Below, piece after piece: positions 38,362-51,320 of a DNA stretch of 64,000 nucleotides. Made by a program: the position numbers and the translations under genes. Location of the stretch: positions 72,912,001 to 72,976,000 of the forward strand of contig OX597817.1 in assembly GCA_951406725.2 (NCBI GenBank), given 5' to 3'. The notes under the pieces are model-generated. The model was not told the origin of the DNA. It searched no databases and saw nothing but the letters and a program-made list of their open reading frames with translations. Source of the DNA: Octopus vulgaris. Its lineage: Eukaryota. Position 1 is the stretch's first letter. Each line of letters begins with the position of its first letter.

Positions 38362-40851
38362 ACAAGCTAAAAATACAAACCAACAATTTGTATTTTTTCT
38401 TACAATCTGTATAATCTGTAAAAAAATTAAAATGTTCACATACACACATATATGATTTTTCCTCATATACATATATATATATGGCCTTGAAGTGTTAATT
38501 CAAATCAAACTGACCACCAGTACTTATATTTATGTCTGGTACTTATATAGGTTTCTTTTTGCCAGACTGCTAAGTTACAGGAACACAGACAGCCCCGAAT
38601 CATTGCAAGATAAGCATAAACACATACATATGTGTATATATATATAGTGAATTTGGAAAGCAGAAACTGCAGGAAGTTGTGTGTGTGTGTGTATGCACAA
38701 GTTTATATTCCATAATTGTCCCCACCTGATTGAAACAGTGATTATGTTGACATTATGACTAGTCACTCTGTGCTTTCAAAGACATCTGGAATAAAAGATC
38801 CTTAACTTCGAAAAGAAGAAAAAGTTGGCTGTAAAAATTCTGCTTTGGAAAACTTCCTGTGTAATTTATCCAAGCTAGCAAGGAAAAACAGATGTTAAAT
38901 GAATAAATGAATATCTTATAAATACACACACACACACATACACACACGTGTGTGTGTGTGCTTGCATATTACTATCTTTATGCTGAGTGGATTTGGCCAC
39001 TTTGATTGCTAAAAGGTTAATTCAAGCAAAGTAAAAACTATAGTTCAGTTCATAGAGTCAGCTTCACACACTGACAGTTTTGTAATTAAAATTGATTTGT
39101 TGCCACAGATTTTAACCATATAATCAATTAAATTGATGTCTCTTCCAGCTTCCAAACTGCAGCTGTGTTTTTATTTTTAATTTTTTTCTTTTAATTGATT
39201 CAGAAATGTCCCAATTCATTGTCAGTGTAGTCAAAAATGTCACTACAACTCATATATGTACTTGCTAGTTGCACTGCCTAATCTGTCAGATTAAAGTAAT
39301 TGTTCTCAAAAAGTATGAATATAGTGAATCACTGGTAGTCTCCACTGGTAGCCTATTTATACAAATTTCAAGAAACTAGCAAGGACACTCACTCACACAG
39401 GCACATGTGCTTTGCTGTCTTCTGAGACACATAATGAATTTTGTAGATGCTTAGGAGAGAAGTACTAAGTGGCTGTTGGATCTATTAGAAATAGCAAATT
39501 TCACTTCCTGCCAATTTGATCAAAGTAATGGTAAGGTTAACATTCCTTGCTGCCATTATGACCTGTTGTTCTGTGCTTTTGAAGACTTCATTGTCATCAT
39601 TTAACATCCATTTGTCCATGCTTGATGGAATTTGCTGAGGTAGACTTTCTATGGCTGGATGCCCCTTCTGTTCTAATAAGGCATTTCCCTCCAGTGGGAC
39701 AAGATTTTCATACCATACTTGTATAACAATAGCACTCATTTATAACTATCACACAATGTCTAGACAAGTGTATACACAAAAAACTATATATACAGAATGG
39801 GCTTCTTTTAGTTTCTGTCTACCATATCCATTCACAAGGCTTTGGTTGGTCCAGGGCTATATGAGAAGGCAGTTGCTGAAGGTGCTACACAGTGGGACAG
39901 AACACAAGACTATATGTTTGGGAAGGAAGCTTAGCCACACAGCCATGCTTGTGCCCATGGAATATAAAAGTTTGTTACCTGAAAAACAGGTGACAGTGAC
40001 AGGGAGAGCATCATTATCATCATCATTATTTTAGTCTACTTACCATGCTACCATGGGTTAGATGGTATGACAGAATCCAATGAGTCAGAAGATCATGTCT
40101 TACTATAATATCTCAGTCTTGGCATGGTCTCTCCAGCTGGATGCCTTCTTAACATCAACCACATTACAAAGTAAAATACCTGCCTCAAAAATTTGTGCTT
40201 AAGCCAAGCTAGTATGGCTTAGATGGAAATGTACAAGTGGTTGAGTATTTCATAGGCCTTAAGGCAATCCTCAAGCAAAGATAGCATAACATACTGTGTG
40301 ACAAGGGTGGCTGATCATTTGCATTATTTTTACAACAAAATTCCACTCATTTTCAATCAACCCGATTTTGCTACTGAGGCTTAGGTTTATCAAAGGCTAT
40401 AGTAAAAGACATTTGCCCAGGATGCCACAAAGTAGGATTAAATCCATGGCCTTATGATTGCAAAGCTATCTTCTACACCATTTGAACATACTGCAACTAC
40501 TATAATTGACTGCCATCATTATCATCCTCATTTGACATCCTTTCTCAATGTTGGCATGAGTTGGATGACTTAAACCAGAGGAGTGCATCATGCTTCATTG
40601 TCTGCTTTAGCATGGTTTTTACAGCCCTTAATGCCAACTACTATACAAAGTGTACGATAGAAGGCTTAACTCTTAATACCAACTCACCTAAGACCACCCA
40701 CGTTTATATAATACAAACTTCCAGTTTTAAAGGAGTAAATTAAAACCTTTCATCAAAAATTTACATTAATTTGTATTCCAAGCACCAGCTTCATAAGGAC
40801 AAAGTTATTTTACCAAATCTTCGTCATTTTCACGATTAATTGAAACAAAGG

Positions 40852-41070
40852 CAATATGAAACATGCAGCACAAAGTTTTGTCAGTGAACAGATCACGGTC
40901 TCAAAGCAACAAAAATATTTTGACATATTAAATTTAAATGTTGAAGTGAATCTAACGGTTTTTGTGTGTTTCTTAAATGGCTTATAAACACCTTCCACGC
41001 TGCAATTGTTTTCGTTCCAGCACACGATCTCAGATCAAGTCACTCGCTATGCAAGTACATCTCCGTAATA
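40852..41070 (+). mobile_element. Penelope-type terminal repeat fragment with a hammerhead-like motif (40880-40924)
   Basis: GTCA-GTGAACA-G-ATCAC...GCAAC-AAAA-ATATTT-TGAC. It adjoins a piggyBac-like MITE fragment at about 40725-40850. The family assignment is inferred. Confidence 0.45.
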
Positions 41071-41409
41071 TATATATACTTAAATTGAGGCACCTTGCTA
41101 GTTTGGTATAATCTGCACACTCAAACACTACTATTTGAATATTGAATATCAAGACTCTGTGTACGGGTATTTGTACCTAATATTCCTGTAGTATATGCAG
41201 ACAACACAACCCAGCTAAGTGGAGATGTCAGTTCTTGGTAATTCAAACATGTACTTTTTATAAAAGTACTTTCTATAGTATTTCTGAAGTGCAAATTCTA
41301 GGTTATAAATCAGTAACAAAGATGTACAGGTGTCAATTCATGAATTGGCAGCTGTACATCTTTGTTCCTTATTTATATTATATATATATATATATATATA
41401 TAATGTCAG

Positions 41410-42365
41410 TGTACATACTCGACAGAGCGTTAGCACCTTGAGAGAAATGTTGTACCTAAGAAGCATCAGTTGTGGTGTGCAAGAGAGACGATTGCGCTGG
41501 TATGGTCATGTGGCGAGAATGGATGAAGATAGGTGTGTGAGAAAGTGCCAATCCCTAGCAGTTGAGGGAACCCGTGGAAGAGGTAGACCCAGGAAAACCT
41601 GGGACGAGGTGGTGAAGCACGACCTTCGAACTTTAGGCCTCACTGAGGAAATGACCAGCGACCGAGACCTTTGGAAATATTCTGTACGTGAGAAGACCAG
41701 GCAGGACAAGTGAGCCCAGCCCACTTATGAATGCCTTTCCTCCCTTGGACACAAAGACCTGTTGAGGCAAGCGAAGTCGATATAGAACCTCATCCGACGA
41801 CAGACACCCATGCCAACCCCCCATGCTTGCGAAGACATGTTGGGGCAAGCGAAACCGAATTGAACCAGCCAGGATCCCTGGCCTGGTGGTACGTAAAAAG
41901 CACTATCCGACTCGTGGCCGTGGCACGTAAAATACTCCAATGCGACCGTACGACAGGCACCCATGCCAACCCCCTTTGCTTGTGAAGACATGTTGGGGCA
42001 AGCGAAATCGAAATCGAATTGAACCAGCCAGGATCCCTGGTCTGGTGGTATGTAAAAAGCACAATCCGACTTCGTGGCCGATGCCAGCACCGCCTCGACT
42101 GGCTTCCGTGCCGGTGGCACATAAAATACACCAATCTGACCGTGGCCGTTGCCAGCCTCGCCTGGCACCTGTGCAGGTGGCATGTAAAAAGCACCCACTA
42201 CACTCACGGAGTGGTTGGCGTTAGGAAGGGCATCCAGCTGTAGAAACATTGCCAGATTAGACTGGAGCCTGGTGCAGCCTTCTGGCTTCCCAGAACCCCG
42301 GTCGAACCGTCCAACCCATGCTAGCATGGAGAACGGACGTTAAACGATGATGATGATGATGATGA
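41410..42365 (+). mobile_element. 5'-truncated, relatively young RTE-clade LINE (ORF C-terminus, 3' UTR and (GAT)n tail)
   Basis: Open frame ...ERRLRWYGHVARMDEDRCVRKCQSLAVEGTRGRGRPRKTWDEVVKHDLRTLGLTEEMTSDRDLWK...* (stop at 41713) carries the RTE signature RLRWxGHVxRM...GxRxRGRPRKTW. CpG-rich. Confidence 0.92.
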
Positions 42366-43181
42366 TATATATATATATACACATACATACATATATACAC
42401 ATACATATATCCATACACACATGCATATATTTATATACTCACACATATATACATACAGTTATACATGCTCACACACGTTACTTTACATACATTTTTCTAT
42501 ATGGATAAGATATTTTTTGTATCTTCAAACATATGCATATTTTTTTTTTTACAGTTGATTGACTTTTCTATCACTAATGAGTAAGCTGGGAAATACGACT
42601 CAGGTCAGCTAGGTCATGTGTCTTTCCCAGGAATAACACAATGGCTATATTATTCTTTGAACTCCAGACTGTTAGGACAGTCATCCACTATATTTACCTC
42701 ACAGTTATTATTCCTCAGATGTTTCTTTCTCACTCAAACATATTTCTTAGTGTGTGTGTGTGTGTAAGTGTGTGTGTGTGTGTGCATACACACCAGTATG
42801 AACATGCATTTTATCACCTGCAATTCAAAGAGCTAGTCTTGTCATACACTGCATCATGTTGGTACTGTTTCAGGATTACCTTTCAAAGAAAGAACCTCTA
42901 CAATACAGTACAGACAATGATATAAGGAGTAGGTAGGTCCACTGATTGAATAACTAGAATACTTATTGTCTTCATAACTGATACGAGGTATATTTGCATG
43001 CGCATGCACACACATCCGCAATTTAACAGTATCATATGCTTACACACACACACACTCTCATGCACATGTTCAGATGTATTGAAAATATATATACAGCAAG
43101 ACAAAGATTCCACTGAATGGATAAGGTCATTTGAGAACCAGGTGAATAGCATTTTGAAGCAATATACATATACATAATATG

Positions 43182-43221
<40 letters not shown>

Positions 43222-45684
43222 AAATATGGATTAAGTGATAAATAATAATAACAACAATTAGAACAACAACAACTACTACAGCTAGAATAAAAATAAAATG
43301 ATATTTAAAGAAGACCATAACAGTATACATAATAACATCAGTGTGTTCTTCCCATTTGTTTTACTGCTGACCTCATAAAAGATGCTGTTAAATTTCATGC
43401 AACAAACGAGTGAGTGTACGAAGCACAGAGAAATGAGAAATCAATAAGAATGATACAGACTTTAAAGATGAACGGTAAAATTTGTTCTTGTCTTCCTTCC
43501 ACCATATGAATATAAATACAATAAAAACAATTTTTATGTTCAGCACGACTCTCTTGTTTTTATCTCCAAAGTCACTAGCTATCATACCTGACCACAATTA
43601 ATAGTTATGGGAACTGACTTTCAGTCAATTCACGCTCTATTATTTGATGAGAGTATTCTCGTTCTGGTTTCAACAATACACCAAAGCCCCTTTTATGGTA
43701 AAAAGAAGAAATGAAGTATCAGAAAGTAACAAGTGAAGTAAATATTTACCAAAGCTTTGAAGGACCTTTAAGAGTGTCTATGCTTAGCTCTGGTGTCATG
43801 GTATTAAGTGGAAGAAAAAGACATCTCCCTTGGGATAGGTTGCTTGTCTATTGCATGTAATGCTCTCAGAAGAAGATATGGCACTTATTCTTGAGAGCTA
43901 AGTAAATTGTCAGGGTAAATTTAATTACTATTCTGTCTGAAAAAAAGTATATGCTTGCAACAAATTTGAATTTAATTTATTTCTCCTTGAAATTCAATGA
44001 ACCATTGAAAGAATCTCAAGACTGCCCAATTTGCTGGTGATAACAGCTAAATCTTTTTGAAAACGCAGCCATTTTGGAAAACAAAAGGCACTGGATAATG
44101 TAGTTTAAAATATAAAATCTAAAGTGGAGGAAGAAGTTGGTCATAGATGGAATACTGAAGGTGATGATGATGATGGTCAGCATCATTGTAACCATCATTT
44201 TAATGTCTACTTTTCCTGAAAGAGATCTGTTATTATGAGTGTGAGTTGATGTGTTTGTTATACTCTGAACATTCTGAGCTACAGGCACTGACACTGTCAT
44301 TTCTCTGTCAACATATCACCCACTAGTTTCATATCTTGGAAGAGATGTGAAATAAGAGAACCCTTACTTGGGAAACGGGTGAGGGTTAGCAACAAGGTAT
44401 CTGGTTGTAAAACAATGCCTTAATAATACATTTGTCAAATGTATAACATGGAAAAATTAATATAAAAACAAAAACAAAGAAATAAGGGTCAGCTTGGCTG
44501 TGCTAATTAACAAGTACATTAAGGAAATTTATGCGAGATATCTACTTAAGTTGAATATGTTCTACTGGATGCGTAATGGTGATGGTGGTGTTTAACCCTC
44601 AGTCAATCCTCTATCTGAAAAGATAGATCTATGATGATGGGCAGCTTCATTAGATTGCCAAACAAAATGGTTTAGAGATCAAATCATGTAGAGATCAACT
44701 GTGCACTTCACCATTCTAAGTTCAATAAATAAAAGTATCAGAGTGAATCTGATGAACTATACTATCCATCAAAATATGTGGCCTTCTTTTAATTATACAA
44801 TCTTTCAGAGACCTTGAAAACAATATAAAAGTTGGTGTAGAGAGCTAGACAATGGTAAAGATGATTTATAAAGCAATATAGTCATACATTTTTTTGAGTG
44901 GTTAATAAAATGAACAGAATTAATCAGCCAACACTCATAGTTTGAATATCACCATTATAAAATATATTTTAGGCATTACCTCAGTATTAAATATACGTAT
45001 TCCTATTTGATACTGCCTCAATTTGGGTACACTAAAATCATTTCAATTACACTTTCCCTGGCAGACATGAACTTAAAGATTTTCTAAGGAAGATGTGGTG
45101 TTCATATAGTTCTCAAGGATTTTAACAATAGAAATGAATTATCACAGACAGTACCAAGAGATTGAAACTGTACTGCTTACATGAGAATTTACCTTTTATT
45201 TTGTTTGATTAGAATATAACTTGAAAAACAATAACCCAAACAATCATATTCACATGTTTTATAAACATTCATAAAATGCTTAATAATACTATCATTTAAT
45301 ATTTTTAATTGCAAATAAAATATGAATGTAAGAATTACAGCTGTGTAAATAAAATCGTTCTATGTACTAAGCTACCTACTAAATCTAAACTGACCTAATC
45401 ACTCTTCTGTTCCAAAAGGAGACAGAGCAGCTGCATAGACATAGGATAAGAAAGCTTTCTCTCATTTGTACATACAATCACAACCAACACACAAAAGAGA
45501 ATAAATACACAGAATACATGTGTAGTGTTTACATAAAATATACATAGATATATGTTGAATATAAATAGACACACTTTCACACAGCACAAGCACACACACA
45601 CACATTTTCACACAACACAAGTACAAAGACACAATACAACTTTCACTTTATTAGCAAAACATATATCATGGTATGTACAATATA

Positions 45685-45960
45685 TATATATATATAAAGA
45701 TGAGAATGTGTGTCTGTCTGTGTGTGTATGTCTATGTGTCTGTGTGAATCCCTAAAACTCGAGAACTACACAACCGATTTCATTCATATTTTACACATGC
45801 CTTACTTAGGGTCCATGCAGTGTCATGGGCCAAAAAATTCCAACTTCTTGCCAAATGCAAGCCCAGTGAAACAATAACATCTCTCTATTCTAATGTGAGA
45901 TACTTTCAGTTTAATAGTTTCACTATTAATACTGAAACTAGAAACTTTTGAAGTGAAACT
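45685..45960 (+). mobile_element. Probable non-autonomous Helitron-type 5' end
   Basis: TATATATAAAGATGAGAATGTGTGTCTGTCTG...AACTCGAGAACTACACAACCGATTTCATTCATATTTT resembles the microsatellite-bearing 5' ends of invertebrate non-autonomous Helitrons. Confidence 0.45.
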
Positions 45961-46019
45961 ATTATCTCACATATATACATGCATATATATATATATCATG
46001 TGTGAGTAATTGTGTGGTA

Positions 46020-46298
46020 ACTTGGCTTGTGTCTTCTGCTATAGCCTCAGACCAACCAAAGCCTTGTGAGTGGATTTGGTAGACAGAAACTGAAAGAAAC
46101 TCATCGTGTATATATGTTAGTGTATGTGAGTGTGTCTTTGTGTCTGTGTTTCTCCCTCACCACTGCTTGGCAACATCCCCATAACTTACTGGTTTGACAA
46201 GAAGAGACCGATATAATTAGTACCAGGCTTATCAAAATAATAAAGAAAAAAGCACTGAGGTTGATTCATTCAAGAAAACATTTTTCAAGGCAGTGTCT
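46020..46298 (+). mobile_element. SINE family A
   Basis: Body and tail as in 8370-8688. Confidence 0.8.
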
Positions 46299-46397
46299 TA
46301 TATTTTTGTTTGCCCACTCAATTGTATTTATCAATCTATCTTTCTGTGTAGTAGATGGTAAATATGCTCTGGAATAATCAGTCAAAGAGTTTTTTGT

Positions 46398-46463
46398 CAC
46401 ATGTTCTTACTGTTTTTGTTGAATAAAATCTGTTGAAAAAAGTTGCAATAATTATGCACCAAC

Positions 46464-46468
<5 letters not shown>
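46398..46468 (-). mobile_element. Solo mariner terminal inverted repeat abutting (TA)n
   Basis: Minus strand TATTGGGTTGGTGCATAATTATTGCAACTTTTT resembles Hsmar1/cecropia-type TIRs (TTAGGTTGGTGCAAAAGTAATTGCGGTTTT). Confidence 0.6.
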
Positions 46469-46532
<64 letters not shown>

Positions 46533-47429
46533 TATATTTGCTCGACTAAAGGCTGTGCTCTAGCATGGCCACAGTCAAATGACTGAAACAAGTAAAAGAA
46601 GAACATATATATAGATATATATATAGATAGATAGATAAATAGATATATAGAGAGATAGATAGAGAGGGAGAGAGAGAGATAGACAGACAGACAGATAGAT
46701 AGATAGATAGATAGATAGATGCAGAGCATGGTGCAGCCACTGGCTCTCCAGACCTCAGTCACACCATCCAACTATGCCAGCATGGGTTGGATGACTAGTA
46801 AGAAGAGAGGAAGTTATTCTCAGACAAGAGATCTGACCCATATGTTTGCAATAAAGAATACTCTACTCAATAATCTATGAGCCAGGCAATAGTGTTAAAT
46901 GAGATGTGAGATTAAGCCTACTTCCCAAGAACTATGTACCCACAATTATCCACACAGTTTCTGTCAACCAAATTCTACACAAGGCTTTAGTTGACCTAAG
47001 GGTATAGGAGAAGGATACTTAAACTAAGGTGCAGCACAAAAAGACAAAATCCAAATATTTGCAATTGCAAAACAAACTTTTTAACTACACAATTATGCCT
47101 CCATCCAGTATCTTACTAGTGTCCTTAGTGAAATGAAGAAGGATTAAGTAAACCAGGGTATCACAAAGAACGTGGTCATAATGAATTAATGCTAAAAAGA
47201 ATGATTGAGTATTTGTAAATGTTCATATTTCTACAGAAAAGGAATCTAAGACACAAAACTTATCTGATCTAGTTATCATTGTCAGACAGAGCAACATTTG
47301 GCTACTTACGTGACTTAAATATGACAAAGCATATTTTGAAAGAGCTGAAGAGCACTTAAAGATCAAAATGTATGAACTTGGAAGGAATACCAAATCATTG
47401 GAATTTGGAGTTCTAAAATAAAGGTGTAC

Positions 47430-47910
47430 ATTTCCAGGGAAGAAATTGAATTTTCAAGCAAATGAGTACAATGCTGAGAAAATGTGGGAATTTCAAGAGT
47501 GAATAGCAAAATAGCAACAGAGTAAATACACAAGCAAAGGAAAAAATCTATAAGAGAAACTGTTGGTTTCCAAATGAACAGGTTTCAAAGTAAAAAGAGT
47601 TTCCAGCTAAAGTAGTGCACTCAAAATGAAATGAATAAGTTACCAAGCTAAGTTAAGAGTTTCCACATAAAAGAGATAATTCCAGAGCAAAAAAGTTTCC
47701 TTTCTGAGAAACTTTTACTTTCTAAAGCTAATGTGTTTCTTTCAATGCAAAAAAGTTAAACTTCCAAGCAAAAGAGTTAATTTACTAGCAAAATCGTTGG
47801 TTTCCAAGCAGAAGCATACTTTCTCAAGTAAAGAGTTATATATTTTTTTGTACTAAAACAGTCACTTTTTAAACAAGAAAGATATTCCAAGTCAAATCAT
47901 TACTTTCTGG
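47430..47910. repeat. Degenerate minisatellite, unit about 20-21 bp (TTTCCAAGCAAAAGAGTTAA-like)
   Basis: Recurring TTTCCAAGC(A/T)AA...GAGTT at roughly 21-bp spacing. Confidence 0.55.
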
Positions 47911-48467
47911 TCAAAATTGTTACTTCCCTTTGTGAAAAAAAATTATGAATAGAAAAACAGGAAAGAAAAAAAATTATAAATAGAAAAACAGAAAAGAAAA
48001 AAAAAATTATCATATGTGTAAGTGATGATTGTGTTTTCATTCATGGATAAAGTGCAACAAACACTCAAGTGAAGAGTTGGGAAAAAGAGTATTCCCTTGC
48101 AAGTATGGCAATGTGCCCTTTTACAAAACACTTCACACAATTTGTACCCTCTCCAGCACCCTACAGTAAAACTGGTGCCAGACATTGTTTATATAACTCT
48201 TCGTCTAAACAATGGTAAGACTGAAAAGATAATCCTGGCATTTAGACAACATAAAAATCTCAGTAAGAAAGGAAGAAATGAAAAATGTTAAGAACAGGAA
48301 TAAAAACCCAATGCACTTTTGAGGTACTCTCCTTTGTCTACTGAAATGTGATAAACAGACAGATAATTAGATAGAGTGATATGCAAATGATTAACTAAGA
48401 TGATAGATAGACAAACAGATAGATAGATAAATAGATATAGGTGTATATTATACAGACAGACAGACAA

Positions 48468-48531
<64 letters not shown>

Positions 48532-48794
48532 CTTGGCATAGTCCTGTGTCATACCAGCTCATGAAACCATCCAATTCATGCCAGTATGGAAAATGGATGT
48601 TAAATGGTTATGATGATGATATATAACTATAGGCATGGCTGTGTGTTTAAGAAGTTCATTCCCAACCACATGTTTTTGGGTTCAGTACCACAACTTAATA
48701 CTTTAGGCCAGTGTGTTCCAATACAGCCCAAGTTTAACAAAAACCTAGTGAATGGATTTAGTAGCTGGAAATTGAAAAAACCCTCTCTTTATCG

Positions 48795-48836
<42 letters not shown>

Positions 48837-50064
48837 GTATTTTCTTATCTTGTCATTGTGTGACAATTGAATGAGTGACTCCATGATACAAATGGTGTCC
48901 TTCATCTCCAAAGGATTAGGGGAAGTATTACATTACTTCAAACAGGTGAAGGTTAGCAACAGGAAGGGTATCCAACTACAGCTATAAAAATTTGACAATA
49001 AATTTTGTCTGATTCATGCTAGCATGGAAAAGAGAATGTTAAATTGATGATGATGATAGATACATACATAGCTACAGAGACAGATAGATAAAGATATATT
49101 TGTAAGACACAAATCAAAACAAGTACCAAAGTAAATATCAGTGTATGTAATGGAAAAGAACACCCATAAAAGTGGAGCTGTTATCACTATATGAAATTCA
49201 ATGTATAAAGATACATGCATGCAGAAAAAGTAGATTGAGAATTGCATTCTGATGCCAATTTTTAGTATCTATACGAACACATACATACATCTGCACTTAC
49301 AATGCAAACTTGCAAACACATCTATGCACTTAGATGCACTAACACACATGCATTTACATGCACTCAAAAACACACATTCTCACACATTTGAATGTGAATA
49401 CTGATACATACATACACATATCATTACTCACATGAGCTAGTTACTATTTAAAATTACTGGGGCATTAGGTGCATTTTCAGCAGCCATTGATGAGGTTGGA
49501 ATGATTAAGTAAAAAGAAGAAGAAAAAGAGATAAAAAAGAGAGAGAAGAAAAGGTATACAGAGAAATAATCAAATAATTACTTTTGTTGTTGTTGTTATT
49601 ATTAATACGCTTTGTATATTTTCCACAGAAAAAAATACAGTATTAATGATATAAATATATAATTTTGGGTACAGAAGTATATTAATTGATTGAATCAACA
49701 AGCACCACACATTAGAAACAGTTACATTTATCTACCCACCTACCAATGACCCACATTCAACGAGAGTATCTTTACATAGTTGCTTAACTTGCTAAAAATT
49801 GCAGTCAGATTTTCATTAGATCACACCATATCTTCTTAAAAATGGGAGGACACATTGAATAGCGCACTAATGGGATGCCACAGCCAGTTACTGCGTGAAA
49901 CTTGCAATGAACCACAGGTAGTACATGTGGCAGTTAACATGTCATGTTATACCTTGCTCAATCATAGCTAGCATGGGGTTCAATATATACACACATACTA
50001 GAAAAATTGTGAGTAGGGAGAAAACTAGGGTTCTGGTTCAAATGCCTGCTACACAGAGTATGAA

Positions 50065-50428
50065 GGTAAAGAGTAAAGGGACCCTCTTCGGTCATGAATG
50101 ACCGTGGGATTGCACCTAGAATGTTCCGCTCCAAGGCACAAGTCCAGAAAAAGTTGTTTAATGGAAGAGTAACAGCCACTCATGCATACCAGCCTCCCCT
50201 CTCCATGCCAGCAATGTTGTCCAAGGGAAAGGTGAAAGCCAATACAGTTTGGCACCAGTGATGGTGCAACTCATTTCTACAGCTGAGAAAACTGGAACAA
50301 TGTGAAATAAAATGTCTTGCTCAAGAACACAATACACAACGCAGTCATGGAATCAAACTCACTGTCACATAATTGTGAGCCCAATGCTCTAACCACATTG
50401 TGAGCCCAATGTTCTAACCACTGAACCA
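50065..50428 (-). mobile_element. tRNA-derived SINE, family C
   Basis: GGGACCCTCTTCGGTCATGAATGACC...CAACTCATTTCTACAGCTGAG...TCTTGCTCAAGAACACAA...CTAACCACTGAACCA. Related copies at 56015-56265(-), about 54960-55085(+) and about 55118-55400(+). Confidence 0.8.
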
Positions 50429-51051
50429 TTAAATTATTGAAAAGGACTCAAGGACCAAGCAAATTATTATTACTATTATAGTAATATCACTATCACCACA
50501 TGTCACACTGCTTTTCTCTAAAAATATGTAACAGCTGCATAGGGGACCATTATTAATACTATTATTATTCAAATACCTCTTTAACAAAAAATATAAAACA
50601 CCAAAAATTGACACATCAGTAGTATAGCTGAATATTTTGTGGCTAATACAAAACTGAAGGAAGGTATAATGCACTGTGAGAAAATTTGAAGTCATGTACT
50701 ATAGTACTATGATCTGTCAATTGATACAACAGACAGGAATACTTTTAAATTAGTTGTGCTTGAATATAGTGACAATTAAACAGACAGATATTGTATGTGC
50801 GCATTATGAGTGTAGATATGGCTGTATGGATACAAAATTGATTTCGAAAAAATGTGGTTAATGGTTCAATCCCTCTGTGGGGTACCTCGTGCAAAAATGC
50901 CTTCTATTATAGCCTTTATTTTACTTGCAATGCTGATCAATGCCTTGTGAGTAAAGTTAGTCAAATGAAACCGGATGAAAGCTTGTCATGTTTGTGTGTA
51001 GTGGGAGAGGTATGCATGAATGTTTATTTTCCATGAGTCTGTGTAGGCATT

Positions 51052-51320
51052 TCGTTTCTGGATTTGGTTTGCAAGATTCTTTATATGAGTTCATGTGTTG
51101 AAGCATATTCTGTTGTGTTTGGGGAAAGTCATTTCATTTTTGCGCCTTATAATGTAACACACTCACCGGCAAAATTTCCACCTATTTCTTATTTTTATTT
51201 TCCTAAAATTTTCTTTGCGTCTTGCAACCTTTTTGCAACCTTTTGAAAAGGTTGCAAGACGCAAAGAAAATTTTAGGAAAATAAAAATAAGAAATAAGTG
51301 GAAATTTTACCGGTGAGTGT
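51052..51320. mobile_element. Penelope-type fragment with an inverted terminal duplication (about 75-bp palindrome arms, 51159-51320)
   Basis: Arms at 51159-51233 and 51246-51320 differ at two positions. The direct repeat GTGTAGGCATT occurs at 51041 and 51317. A hammerhead-like motif sits at the centre. Confidence 0.65.

Noticed and set aside
38723-38785. Minus-strand AG/GT-bounded interval as an upstream exon
   Set aside because: Stops in all three frames and a weak donor (gtgggg). It could only be a UTR exon, which I cannot support.
41750-42200. Regularly recurring modules as a CRISPR-like array
   Set aside because: Eukaryotic LINE 3' UTR context. The intervening segments are homologous to each other rather than unique spacers, and there are no cas genes.
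41725-42327. 200-aa minus-strand ORF with internal repeats
   Set aside because: It is antisense to the GC-rich, tandemly duplicated RTE 3' UTR, and openness is explained by composition.
45395-45430. 36-nt phase 2-2 minus-strand exon candidate (CSVSFWNRRVIR)
   Set aside because: Phase-compatible with the 32244 acceptor but too short to distinguish from chance.
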